Assembly: GCA_036172245.1 (NCBI GenBank) | Contig: JAYWIR010000085.1 | Coordinates: 186,001 to 250,000, forward strand | From: Raillietiella orientalis | Taxonomy: Eukaryota | DNA length: 64,000 bases | Direction: 5' to 3' | Part shown: positions 49,601 through 62,300 of the stretch, one piece after another | Layout of the letters: the number at the start of each line of letters is the position of its first letter | Numbering within the stretch: the stretch's first letter is position 1 | Notes under the pieces: generated by a model | What the model was told of the DNA's origin: nothing | The model's database searches: none | What the model saw: the letters and a program-made list of their open reading frames with translations, nothing else | Program-made: the position numbers and the translations under genes

Positions 49601-52600
49601 TTGATGAGGAGCTTGTTGAGCGGGCTCATCTCCCAAGGTTCTGTCCAGTGAATCAGCGTTCGACTCATAGTGCTTGCTACTTTATCACGGATCACTACAT
49701 CTATGATCGTGCTAAAAATTCTTCCTCTCCTATTCCTTCATCTTTTGCTACCACGGTCGAACAATCAACATCAACTTTCCTGCAAAACCAAGAAACAAAT
49801 TCTTTCTTTCAACTGCCTTTGAGATGCCCTCACGACAGACAACAGACAAATCACATCATCATCCTCAGTGATCTCTCACCAGCGGAAAGAAACCGTTTGA
49901 TTCTTCTGCTCATCCTAGAGAAGAGTAGAAGAAAAATGAAATGTGTCAGCTAAGTATCCGGAAACAGACTTCCCGTTTCGCGAAACATGAATCTGGTGTT
50001 CACATTTATCTTTCTTCCCAAATTCAAAGTCCCTTACTCTCGAAGTCTGTGACTCAGCTGTCAGCATAGAAAACTCATCAGTGCTTTCAGTATCCCATCC
50101 GAGAATCGCTTAAAGAGGGTATCTTGAGAGATCTTAAAGAGAGCCACCCCTAAGATTCAGATAAGGGATGTTCTCATCGCAGTTTCTTAGATCTATTTGC
50201 CTGAAAACCTAGGTTTTCCTTCCTTGCCCTCTTTAAGATCCTCAGGTGTGGATGCGTCTGGGACCCCAGTTTCCTTTCCCTGCTTTCAAAACGCACTTTG
50301 AGCGGAAACTCGAAGTGCATCTACTCAAGCTCATTGGCATTCTCCACGCTCTTACACGGATCAGTACACCTCTAGCACAGAAATTGAAGTCAGACGGAGG
50401 CAAAGCGAAGGCAACACTGTTGCACCACGGTACTGGTTTAAATGTTATGAAAAGGCTGGTTTATTTGTGAGAGACGACGGTCGCAATCACGGTTCCTCGA
50501 ATGAAGTCGTTAGGAAGATAGCAAATATTTGATCGGAATTTTGATTCTGATGCGCAGCTTCGTTGGTAGCTTTCGGAATCGGGATTTATCGGTTGCAGAC
50601 TGTTTATTGGAGACTGTCTCCTAGGCTTCTTTGGAGCTGTCCACGAGATCCTTCTACCTTCCTTGAACATTAAGTAGCGGCTGCCAAGGAACGAGCTTGT
50701 TTTTCCCATCAAGCAGGCAGGTCTCAGCGCATTGTGATTCCAGCAGGATTTGGGGCACCGAAGCAGAGAGAAAAGGTGCACGTTTGAGCATCTCGAACAT
50801 GGAAGGAAGAACCCACCTCTTACAAGTTTGCTCCGTTACAAGTTTCAAAGTTACAATCAGACAACTGCAGAAGGCGTCTTCGAGGATGTACTTTGGGATT
50901 CAGTTTTTTTGCAGATACTGCTCCTCCTTTCGGTGTCAAGGTGTTCCTTGTACTTTCTCCTGCTGAGGATAATTCGCAGTAATCAAGAGCTCACAGAAAT
51001 GACTCGGAAGCGATGTTCCATTTGTTCCCTATTCTCTCCTCCGAATGCTTTCCATCACTCACCTGATCTCACGAAGAGCTTCTTGAGATCTTTTTCCATA
51101 TCTGTTTTCGTGCAACCGCATCCCCGTACAATGCTGGTCGTTTAATTTCAAATGTTCGAAGCAAGAAAGAAGAACCTACAATGGATTCTCGATTATTTTG
51201 GAGCGATTGCGCATTCCTGCAGCGGAAAGTAATGAAACTCTTCGAAAGGACTTTTGAAATCGACATCCCCGCAGAGAGGGGATGTCGATTTCAATCGACA
51301 TCCCCCGACATCCCGAATTTATCCCTCAGCAAGAACTCGAGCGTGGCACCATGGATGCCAGAAAGAGAAAACTGGCAAACCCGGTAAGAAGCGGAAGACG
51401 GAGAAAAGATGAGAAATCAAATGGAACGATAGGAAGAGAAGTGCATGAGAGGACGGGAAAAACGAGAAACAGAAATTGCAGCTTCCATCATCGGGGGTGC
51501 CATCCTTAAATAATGGATAGAAGGAATTATCGAGACAGAGCTAGGGCACTTTTCCACATCATAGAATTTGAGTGACAGCCGTGGAATTATGGCGAAAGGT
51601 AGCGAATAAGGGTGAAGAAGCTCATTTTCCATTCGGATGAACTCACAAGAAGGAGGTGCGAAGCTGCAAAGAAAAGAAGAGACACTTAGACGTGCACGTG
51701 TCTCAACTACCTGAAGTCGACGTTCAAAAGGATGGGAAGCATTCGAAACAACAGGGAGCAGATTCAGGAAAGAGATCCAACAGACAGTGGCAGTGGCGTT
51801 GCCGAGCCTCGATTGCACTTTGCTCAAAGAATTCTCTGAAAACAACATGGCTGCAGAATCAAGAGGAACTTCCTTCGATCTCGGAAACTTGCAGTCTCGC
51901 TGGCTCTAGAATGAGTACCAATTCCAAGGAGCTGATGGTAAGCTGACCAAGAACTGTTTCGAGCGCAACAGAGCCACTCCCACTTTCCTCTGCTTCGAGG
52001 GAGTCGATTTCATCTGGCTACGCTTTCCTCAAAAGGAAGAGGCGACCCCTCTTCTCGGTAAATGCACTTCTCGTGATTCCGCAAACTGATACCTTGAATT
52101 CACGGGGTCCCCCTTCTTGAAACCTCAAGAAGGAATAGCAAAACAGGAAAAAAACTAGTTTGCCTGAGTGCTCGACACGATGAGGACACCATCAGTCTGG
52201 AATTTCTTCTGGAAGCACAGAGAAGCTCTTCAAGTCTGTCTCTTCCTGTCTCGGAATCTGAAAACGGAAGAATTGCTATTTCCATTCATTATGAGTCCAG
52301 CGTCCAGCAAAAGAGAGTGGCAATCCCATTATAAACCTAAATTGCCGACGCTCAGCGATGGAAAGGATCGGAAGATGGAACCCTGAGACGTTGCATCCGG
52401 AGCATCCACAAAGAGTTGCATGACAACGAAAACATCACTGAATGCGAAGACACCGGCTCCAGCATCAGGATCTCTCAGGGAGCCAAAGACTGGGTGTTGA
52501 AGTCTTCGCCTCAGGAGCAAACTTCGGCAACGACTTCAACACTCGGAAGAAAGGAATTCAGAGGATGAAAGTCAGATGTGCAAAAAGAGTTTGGCTTCCC

Positions 52601-55600
52601 TCTTCACTATGCACCCGAAATTTGGGGAAAAAAGCTGATAAACACTTCTCTAGGAATCGAAGCGAGTTCAAAGGAAACAGGATGTGACACAGATGCAAAG
52701 TCTCCAGACGGAACTCACTATCGTTCATGGATCCTGAAAACAATAGTCAATTTCGTTCCAGTTTCACGGTCTCTCTCTCTAAAGTGCCATGGAACAGAAC
52801 ATCTTTGGCCTCACTCGCATCAGGAACGTTGTGACTCCTCCATGGAGACCCCTTATAATTCCAGACTCTATTTGCGAGCGTTTCGCTGCTATCTTTAGCG
52901 TTCGAACATAGCATGAAAAGAAGGAATTGAATTTCTGGATGAAACACGTTCCGAGATCACTCCTTGACCCTAGGGACAGCATGGACACGGAAGAGCTTCC
53001 GAGCTCCTTGTGAACTCAACGCCGCACGTTTTTCTTCCATGCTCTCTCCACGAGCGTTCGCACTTTGAAGATTTCCAGAGATGCTTTGGCTTTCCCGTTG
53101 AGGAGAGAGCTTTGTCAGGAAGATTCGAACACTCAGCCTGCCTCTCCGCACCGGGAATTTCTGCATTGCGCCTATTCAAAACTGCTTGCTTGATCTTCGG
53201 CGTCGCGTGAGGGATTAAGGGTCGGTGCTCCTCTCCCGGCACGACTTGACTACGTAGCTGTGCGCCCGCGCCTCGCTGAGACGACGGCCTATTTTGCCGG
53301 TGCGCCCAGTGGACGCACTGGCCGCAGTGCCAGGCCGCATGCCGGATGACGGCATCGTCTTCCCCCTGCGGGTTCGCGTACGTACTTGCAAGTTCCATCG
53401 CTCGAAGAACGTCATCATCATGTTTGAAGTCCGCAGGCACCAGCAAACCGACGCTGACCGCATGGACTGGGCTGGCACTCGCGTTGCCGGGCGCCGCGTT
53501 CCGATAGTTTTGCTTCCTTTCTTTCTTTCGCGCGCCTTCGGGAGCTTTCGAGAGGACAGCACGCGTTTCACGGCAGTGTTCTGACGCGCGCCGCCCCTTC
53601 GAACACACTCGCTTTTCCCGTGACGAGGTCAGGTCCGGACGACGGATCCGCACGCGGTCCGTTACCGAGCCGCACTTGCGTACGTCACTTAGCGTCATCG
53701 AAGAAGGTCGTCATCACGCCTGCAGCATGCAAACATTCTTCCACACAGGAGTTGTTCTCTCTGCCTTTAGCATGGGGTGCTCGTCTGGGTGAGATGCTGG
53801 GTTCAGGCCTTGCGGATCGGATCGGCAAAACTGCGAAGACAGCAAGAGTGGATAGAGGAAGCTCCCGTGGTTCGCCAGGTGACGAAAGAAGCGCACACGT
53901 TCCCGGCTTCGCGAGCATGGCGGCTTCCCTTTGGCGTTCGAACTCCAGGCGTCTCCACCTTCCAATGCTGCTCGTCTCCAGTTTTCCGTCTCTGGCTGAG
54001 TTCAGGCCCTCTCCTCTTCCCCTTCCCGCAAAGGCATTTTAGCACGAAGTTCCCGATTTTTCCTGTAGAAGTACGACGCTTTCCGTTTGCAATCCGGAAA
54101 TGAGATTGCTTTTATTTCAGATTTATTGGGGATGCTTCCTGGTGAAACTCAGAGGAAAGAATTCTTGCCATTTACACAGCTTTTCGGGATCTCTTTCCCT
54201 AATTTTACGTTGTGAAGACACTTCCAAAGTACGATTTTGTTATTCTGTAATCCTCCCTTTGCTCTTCTTTCTGGCAAAGAGTTACTAATCTTTTTAGGAT
54301 TCTCTAAAAGTCTGCAGAAGTAGCAAGTAGATGGGGTTCTTGGAACTCTCTGAGCTCGGAAAGGGTGCTTGCTGGATTCCGTCCGTTCCATTCTTTTAGT
54401 GTTGCATTGGATCCAAACATTTCTCATGTAATTCTCGTTTTCCTTCATTAGAATCAACCTCTTGAGTGGCACCATGTGCTGATGGCACATTTCGCTGCTC
54501 GGCTCTTCTTAAAATTAATGACATTTCCGAAACATTTCTATTCGGATGCAGTTTGTATTAGGATGGAAAGAACTTTGACCATTACTCTCGGGAACTTCCT
54601 TAGACCACTGATCGCTTCTCCCTAAACTATTTGCACCGATTCCTCTTGACGGGAGCCCTCTTCCACCTCGAAGTTTTTTCCACCCATTTTTACCGGTACG
54701 CTGAATTTTGACATCCTAGAATTTCGCATCTTTATCTTCACAGCAGCCTGTGTGACTCCAACTCCCTAAGTTTAAACCTCTGTGTTGCGTTTTCCGAGAT
54801 CTCAGAACTCCGGGTACTCATACCCAAAATTAAGAATGCAGATCTGTCGGTATTGCTCTACATATCCATTCGTTCATCATCCTCATGGGTAAAGGGAGGC
54901 AAAGTTATGTTTGTTTGGTCAGACAAATGGGTCCCTAAATGAATCCATTAGGAACTGGGACAATCCTAAAGACATAGGATCTGGCATGATTGAGAGGAAT
55001 AGACTGAAGGTGCAGACTGAAAGGCTGAAGAAATGAGATAGAAGAGCAGTAGTAATTACAGGTGCTCAAACTAATTGAGGAGAGCAAAAGATGACGGTTT
55101 GAGAAGCAAAATTTGCGCCGTACTCGTTCGGGTGAGGCTTTGGATAGATCTGCAGTTCCATTTTCGTGTTTTCTGCCATTTCCATTGATGTGGTTTCTTC
55201 AATTTTCCACAAGTAATAGTCTGGGAGAACAGCGGGCAGCCTGGGGTTTCGGTGCATTTTGGAATGGCCTGAGAAACTTTTTCAAAATCGAAATTAAGCC
55301 CCCACACACCCCATCCCCACACTTGTTCCATGTGAAATCTGCTTCTGCAGATTCCTGCATATGAAGCAATGAAAACTCATGCGAACTTCCGGTTGTAAGA
55401 TAACTTCCTGTTGCATTAAAGGGCCTGCCATTGCAGAGGTTGTCAGCGTTTGGCGGGAGCTTCAGGTTTAAAGGAGTGTACGAAACATGTACTCGAATTC
55501 GTGAACTTCTTGTGGGTAAAATTAGTGACCTTTTTTTCCTTTCGAGATTTCTGGATTACGGAGATCCGTACAAACCCCAAAACGGCACATACGAGCAACG

Positions 55601-56283
55601 GGAAGAAGTTCGTTCAAAGAGCACCGTGAATTGAATTGCTCTTTGAAACAATCTTTTTTTTCCCCTGTGGCAAATCTGTTGGAGCAGCTTCGAAAAAACG
55701 CAACATGGAACAGTGTTTCACCACGAGGCACGAGGAGTTCAATATTACTACCATTTAAGCGAGGAACAACAAATTGGGGAATGTTTTGTTGATTTCCCTT
55801 CCTCTGTCCTTTCCCTGTAGTTCCTTTGCTTGACGTGTTATGGATGTGATTCTTGTTCAGCAAAAGATCATTTCCTGTACCTTTCATCCACCTTTCTTGG
55901 AGCCCAACTCGTCTACAACTCGAGAAAGATGACGAACTCAACAGTTGCGCCGGTTAAATTACAGGACATTTATAGGTCGTGCAAGCTACCACAAAATGAA
56001 AAAAAAAAAAAAAAAATGCTATTAGAAACTTTAATTTCGGCACCGCTGGCACCGCTTTCGTCCAAAATGGCGCCCCGTAGCACATCTATTGCACGTTCCT
56101 GAAATGGATCCGCGTTGGCGCGTTGTGAAGAACGCCGGCCCATTGCTCTAATAGAAGGCAAAGAAGGAAACGTTAATCACAGACGACCTGAAATGATCGG
56201 TAAGACTCGCGAAAAAAAACCTATAGGGAGGCGAGCATTAGTAAAAGAATTCATCCGAAAATCGTTAGGACTGAATAGCACCG

Positions 56284-56317
<34 letters not shown>

Positions 56318-59300
56318 GATCACTCGTGGCTTTAATTCCCTAATGCACCGACACCATGACAGCACTCCACTTTTTTCGAGGGATTTTTCCGATCATTTCC
56401 AGATGAGTTCGGTGGCTCGGAAATTTCTTTTTCCCATGTGACTCTTTCAAAATTAAAAATTCTACCCCTAAGTCTTCCCCAGCAATTCAAAGGATTCGGA
56501 AAAAGGATGCGTCTCTGTTTTTTTTTTTTTTTTTTCCTTTTTTTGATGCGTATCTTCTTCCGAGAATTCGTTGACTTCGATGCTAATTCAATTTGCGACC
56601 CTAAAACTTGGGTCCTCCAAGCTTCGTTTCAGCATCTCTTGATTAATAAGTCGTGCTCACGATCTCCGCTTCCACCGTCTTCGAATTGTTTTTAACTGCA
56701 GAGCAGGGAACGCGGAAAATAAAAACGGCAAGCTCTCTGCAGGAATTTGTGTCAGGTGCCTTGCGGACTTGGACACCCTTTCCCCCCTTCGAGATGAGGG
56801 AAATCATGGACAGCCCGCAGGCGCTGGTTCTCCCTATTCCAGTGCAGCATTTCCATTACACGGCTCCCCCGTCTCCACCAAGGGCGCGTATGATGACTGA
56901 GCATTCATTTAGAAAAGGGACCCATGCGATTTGAGGGATTACACTTTAGCTACATAACGATCTTGCTTCTTTACTTATTCCAGCTGCTAATTATGGATGC
57001 TTTGAGCGTTGAAACGCGAGCATGAGGATTGACCTGACCTTTATTTTATGAGGAAGGCGTGGGTAAATTCGTGGCATCTTTCGGAAAATACCCAAAATAC
57101 GCCTCCTCGTGTCTCAGAGGGAATACAGTTAATGACGCTAAGAACCGATCTCAGGTGTCGACCTGAAATCTGTGCGTTCAAAATGGAAATATCTGTTAAA
57201 GAGCACTTATTGGCTACTTATCGGCAACTGCCGCTTGAAACATGTGCCCGTGGAGCCAGTGCCGTGCAGAAGTTTCTTAGCCGCAGGTGCTGCAAACCGA
57301 GAAATTTGCAGTTTAATGCTAAGAAGCCGATGCGTTTGCTAAAGGTTGCAGAGGCCCTGAAAACGCAACCAAACTTTCCGACGGATCCAAGTTGATAAAC
57401 GCGGGACGAGGGCGAGTTTTCGACGCGCGGGTAGGGACACTCTTTTCAAAGATGAACGTCTGGAAGTTCGCTTCTGCCTTCCTCGAACGTCACGTGCCAT
57501 TCCCGTCTACCAAAGGCAACTCCGGCCCACGGGAAAGCGCGCTGCTTCGTCCTCCCGTGCGCACGTGCTCTCGAAGGAGACACACCGTTGCTACCCACGA
57601 GGTGCATCGCTCCAAGTCGGAAATCAAATTGCGTTCGAAGGAGATGAAGTAGCAGATCGGTCCTGGCTGCTCGTGGCGCAGCCAAAGCGTCTGTACTCCT
57701 CCTGAAACTCCTCGTTGCATCTCGCACGCACTCATCTCTCACACAGTTTGTCGGTGGGGTTTCCGTGATGGCTGACGAGCTGCCCATCTCACTGTGCTGT
57801 CTCCCTGCTTTGACTCAGCTTTACTTTTCCTCGAAGATGAAAATTTCTGGAGTCGCAAAAGCCGATCCAGATGGCACTGATTCAAGATGATTTCATCGTC
57901 TCTCGCAAAAAAGCGTCTGCGTTTTTTGTTGCTGTTGCTGCGAGGACAGAAGACTTCGTTCTTGAAAATTTCTTCCGATTTTAAGGGACTGCCTCAAGTG
58001 AATCGAGTTAGAGGGGAAGCATTAAGTAAATCAAAGCCCCAGGTTAGCGCGAAGGAAGAAGAAAATCCTTCAGGGGCATTTCGAGCAGAGTCATGCGAAA
58101 ATTTCATTACTTTTCAAACTGGGAAATCATTCAGGAAAACTGGAGCAGCGTGATTCGTGAGATGCTGAGACTGTTCCGCGACGAGTGCATGCAAAAGTTT
58201 GCCGCTAGCAAGTGCTTTGAACATCTGCTCGCAGTGTGAGGAGCTTGGCCTGAATCCCTCTCTGCTCTCTATTTTTCAGAGTTCGGGAGCAAAGATTTTA
58301 ATAGATTCATCAACATTTTGGGAGACAAAGTTCGTCTGCGAGGATGGGAAAAATTCAGGGGAGGTCTCGACGTGCAAGGTAAGTGGGTTAGCTTGAGTGA
58401 CGTTCGAGTTCCGAGGATCCAAATTTCAACGAATTTCTAATTCGTCTCAGGTGATATGACCGGTAGATATTCCATCTACACGATTTACGAAGGGCACGAA
58501 ATCATGTTCCACGTTTCCACTCTTCTTCCACATTCCAGGGAAAACAAACAGCAGGTAGGAACATTTGTCTGGCCCATCTGTAGATGGATTGCCAAGACCC
58601 AGCAGCGCTTGGCGTTTATCACTGATCAATTGGTCGCATCTATGATTTTTTCACTTTATCCGAGATAATTCGAAATTCATGGTGAACTTTCATATTCCCG
58701 GAATACGTATTAGCATCAGTATTATTCCACATGTGTTGTTGAAATCTTTCAAGTATCAACCTAAATGGTGATCAGCGATGGCCTTTCGTCTCTCGATGAA
58801 CTCCGCTGAAACTTTCATCCAGAGCTCCAAATACAGAAAGGGAATGAAGCATCGACTTTGCAAGCAGGAACGACATGGCAAAACTCGCGTGGTGGTGCTC
58901 ATCTCAGCTGTCTCTCCACGGATCCCAGTTTCACGATTCTTTGCCGCCCAGAGTCCAATTCGATGGGATTTGCAGCTGAAAGGCTGGCGCTGTTTCAATG
59001 AGCTGTTTCATCCTGGTCTTTGGCCAAAAAAGCTTCCGAGCAGAAGGACTCATCTGCTTTTGCGAAATACTTTGGTAGATCTCTCGCGTAGGGATCTGAA
59101 TTCAATTTTGAAATTCAGCAGACTGAAATCTTGTTTTTACCAGCTCTGTGCCACTGCTGCTCCGATTGAAGTCTTTTTCGGCAGAAGTCTTGGGAATTTC
59201 CAGAAATCTTCGCCAATTTCCCATTTAGAAAAAGCAGCGTTAGCTGCTTTGGGATTCATAATTTACAAACATGAGCAAAACTGAATAGAAGAGCAAAATT

Positions 59301-62300
59301 TGAAACGCAATTTCGAAACGGAGGCACCTGTCATGTTGCTTATGGGCAGATTTCAATGAAGGCCATCAGCGGATGACTTTTCATTACCACTTCAAGAGAC
59401 ATCAATTATTCTTCAATCAACTTTTTGTTTGCAATTTCCTCAGCACTTGAAGTTTTGCGAGTTTCTAAGAAGGTACATTTTTGCAGAATTCATCAGGATG
59501 CTCTGCCGAGCACTGGATCGCACAGCTCCCTTCTCTCTTGAAGTTCGTTAACAGGAAGTTAACAAATCGGAAGGTGTTTTAGCATAATCTCCAAAAATTA
59601 GTTTCCATTTATTCACTCGGTTATCTGCGTAGTCACGATGGTAACGTTCTATTAAGTCGTCATCTCCAGTTTTTTGCTCCTGATCTTACATGATGCCCGT
59701 CAATCAGTATCTGGTCTTTGCGTGGCTACGCAAATCACGCATTGGGAAAGGCAAATTTAGTTCACAGAAAAAGCAACGAAAAGAACAATTACAGAACGTA
59801 TGTAACTGTGGATAATGCCTTGTGAGCTGCTGCCAAGGATTACATTAATGAATAGCTCGAATTCTTATTACTGCACTATCGATTCTCGCAGCCATCTAAT
59901 CTAAATATGCATTTTACAGCTGGAGAGGAAAAGGCATATTGGCAACGATATCGTGAACATCATCTACTTCGATGGTCCTTCCGAAGAAGCATCGCAGTTC
60001 AGTCCGAATATTTTCACTTCGCAGTTCACCCGTATCCTTTTTTGTCTGTTGTGGAATGATTCTGAATATGTGTGTGTGTGTGTGTGTGTGTGTGAAGGCC
60101 AAGCCTTGAAAGACTTCCAGTTTCCCTGTCTCCCTCTGGAGGATATAATTTTTTTAAACTCCTCCTATAGAGGTTGAACACACCTTGCAACCGAACCATA
60201 AGGATTCGGATTTCTACGAATTTCTAATTCGAGACGAGAGAGATGGGAGTCGGGGGGGGGGGAATTCCCCAAGGGAAATCGGCTGCTTAGAATGCTTCTC
60301 CAACAACCTTATTCGTTTGTTGGATGAACCTTCGAATTTCTGTTGCATTTGAGGATGCACGAAGTTAACTGCTGATCCGAGGCCAAGCAATGCTTCGTCC
60401 TGATCTCGTCAGTGATGCGCAAGTACTAGTACTTGTATGCATGGACCAGTATACACTGATCTGAGCACTTCAGCTCTCGAATCGCAACAGCATCCATCAG
60501 TGGCAGCTACTGGAGAGTGAGGACAAGGCTTCAAGAAAGTACGCAGATCAGTGTGTACTGGCGCATGTACACAAGTACTGGTGCTGGTGCATCACTCACG
60601 AGGTCAGGAACGCTCCTCGTGTCTTCATAAGGTTTCATCAAGTGGCTTTACAGGAAAAACTCCATCCCCGTGTGAAGAGGCTTCATTTTCCGCAACGTGA
60701 AAGATCTGTTCCTGTGCCGACTCGTACCGCTTGCAACAAGACTGAAAGGATCTTAGCGAGCACGAGGCCGCTGAAAACTCGGGGTCTCGTATAGGATTCG
60801 GATGAGGATGGCGAAAACCGAACAAGAGTTCACAAAATTGCAGAATTCTAGAGAATCATCTCCAGAAAGGTGCGACCTCAAGTCATGGTGACAAGATTTC
60901 GGAGTGGGGAGCGATGAGAACTGACAAGACCCACCTCAATGGATGCGAGGTCTACGGACTCTTCGCAATGGTTTCGGGCACTGCCTCCTTGTGCGTGTCC
61001 CACCGAGTCATGAGGGAACCGTTTTGAAAAAGAGATGGCGTTTGAGAGAGAACTGCAAGGGTGATGGAAACGGAAGCTTTGGGCGCGGCAGGACAGTTCT
61101 GAGTGGACAAGAGGGACTTCGGTGAGGAGCACGAGCCCTCAGATCGCACCAGCATCCATCAGCGGCAGCGGCTGGAGAGTGCGGATAACGCAACGACCAT
61201 GGGGTTTTTGCAAGCACGTCGAAGAATACAGCGTTGTCGAAGTTGGTCGCGCGACGCTGGCGGCAAAAACCAATCTCCGCTAAAATCGCTGCCGAAACAA
61301 CTTGAAAACAATGAAGCAGCAAAAATCCTGGAGGAAATTCCTGCCAGAACTCGAATGCAGCAGCGCCCCACTTTCGGAGAATACCCATTTGGAGGAAATG
61401 AACTTACGTCACGTCGGATAGCGACTGGGTACAAGGCAGCTGTGTTAAAAATTAAAGGCCGCACCACATAATATCACATGTGAGTTCCTCCTCGGTAGGA
61501 GCAGTGCGGCTTGATTTCCCGCCAGTCATACGCAGTGCCATACTGTTTCATCATCAGTATGCCCATACTGATGAAACGGCCCTCCGAGGTATATTAGGGC
61601 GTATCCATTACGCTCTTCTATATTGCCCAACTCGGAGAATGGAAACGTGTGAGTGCGATCGCTGCCTCCATTCACTTTGCATCCAGCTTCCGAGTTTTCC
61701 ACAATCGTTTCCTGAGAGAATTGAAGCAGCGTATGAGAACCGGGTTCCGCAGTCTCCAAGAAAAAGTTTCACGCTCACATCTCCAAATGATTTTTCCTGC
61801 TAATCAGTGCGGTATACTGAGCCCACAGTCACCTTCATTGGATGGATTTGAGTGAGATCCCCAAGCAAGAAAGACTGTGGTTCATAGATTATAACCGATG
61901 AATCCTGATTAAGCCTGCCTGAGCTGCAAGATGAAGCCTCTTTAATGGCCTACAGCTTGTGTGAACTCGTTAAAGCAAATCGATTTCTTCGTCTCACATG
62001 TTCGTGTCTATGCCAGAATTTTCACCGTGGTGGTGACAGTCCTTGGAATGGGTGCATGGGAGCTCTGCGACATGTGCTCGTTTTTAAAAGATCACAGGCA
62101 GAGGGATGTTTGCTCCGGGGTTCGTTTTCACAACTGTGAAGACAGAAACAGATCGGTTTTATTTGGACCAGAACCAGAAACTCTTCTGGTTCGAATCTAG
62201 AAACCCCTCGAAAAGAAGATGTTCTAGCTGTAGAATACGAATGAGCTATTCGTATTGGATGGCTATTCTGCTTCGAAATAAGGGGTGAATCCTCAAGCTC

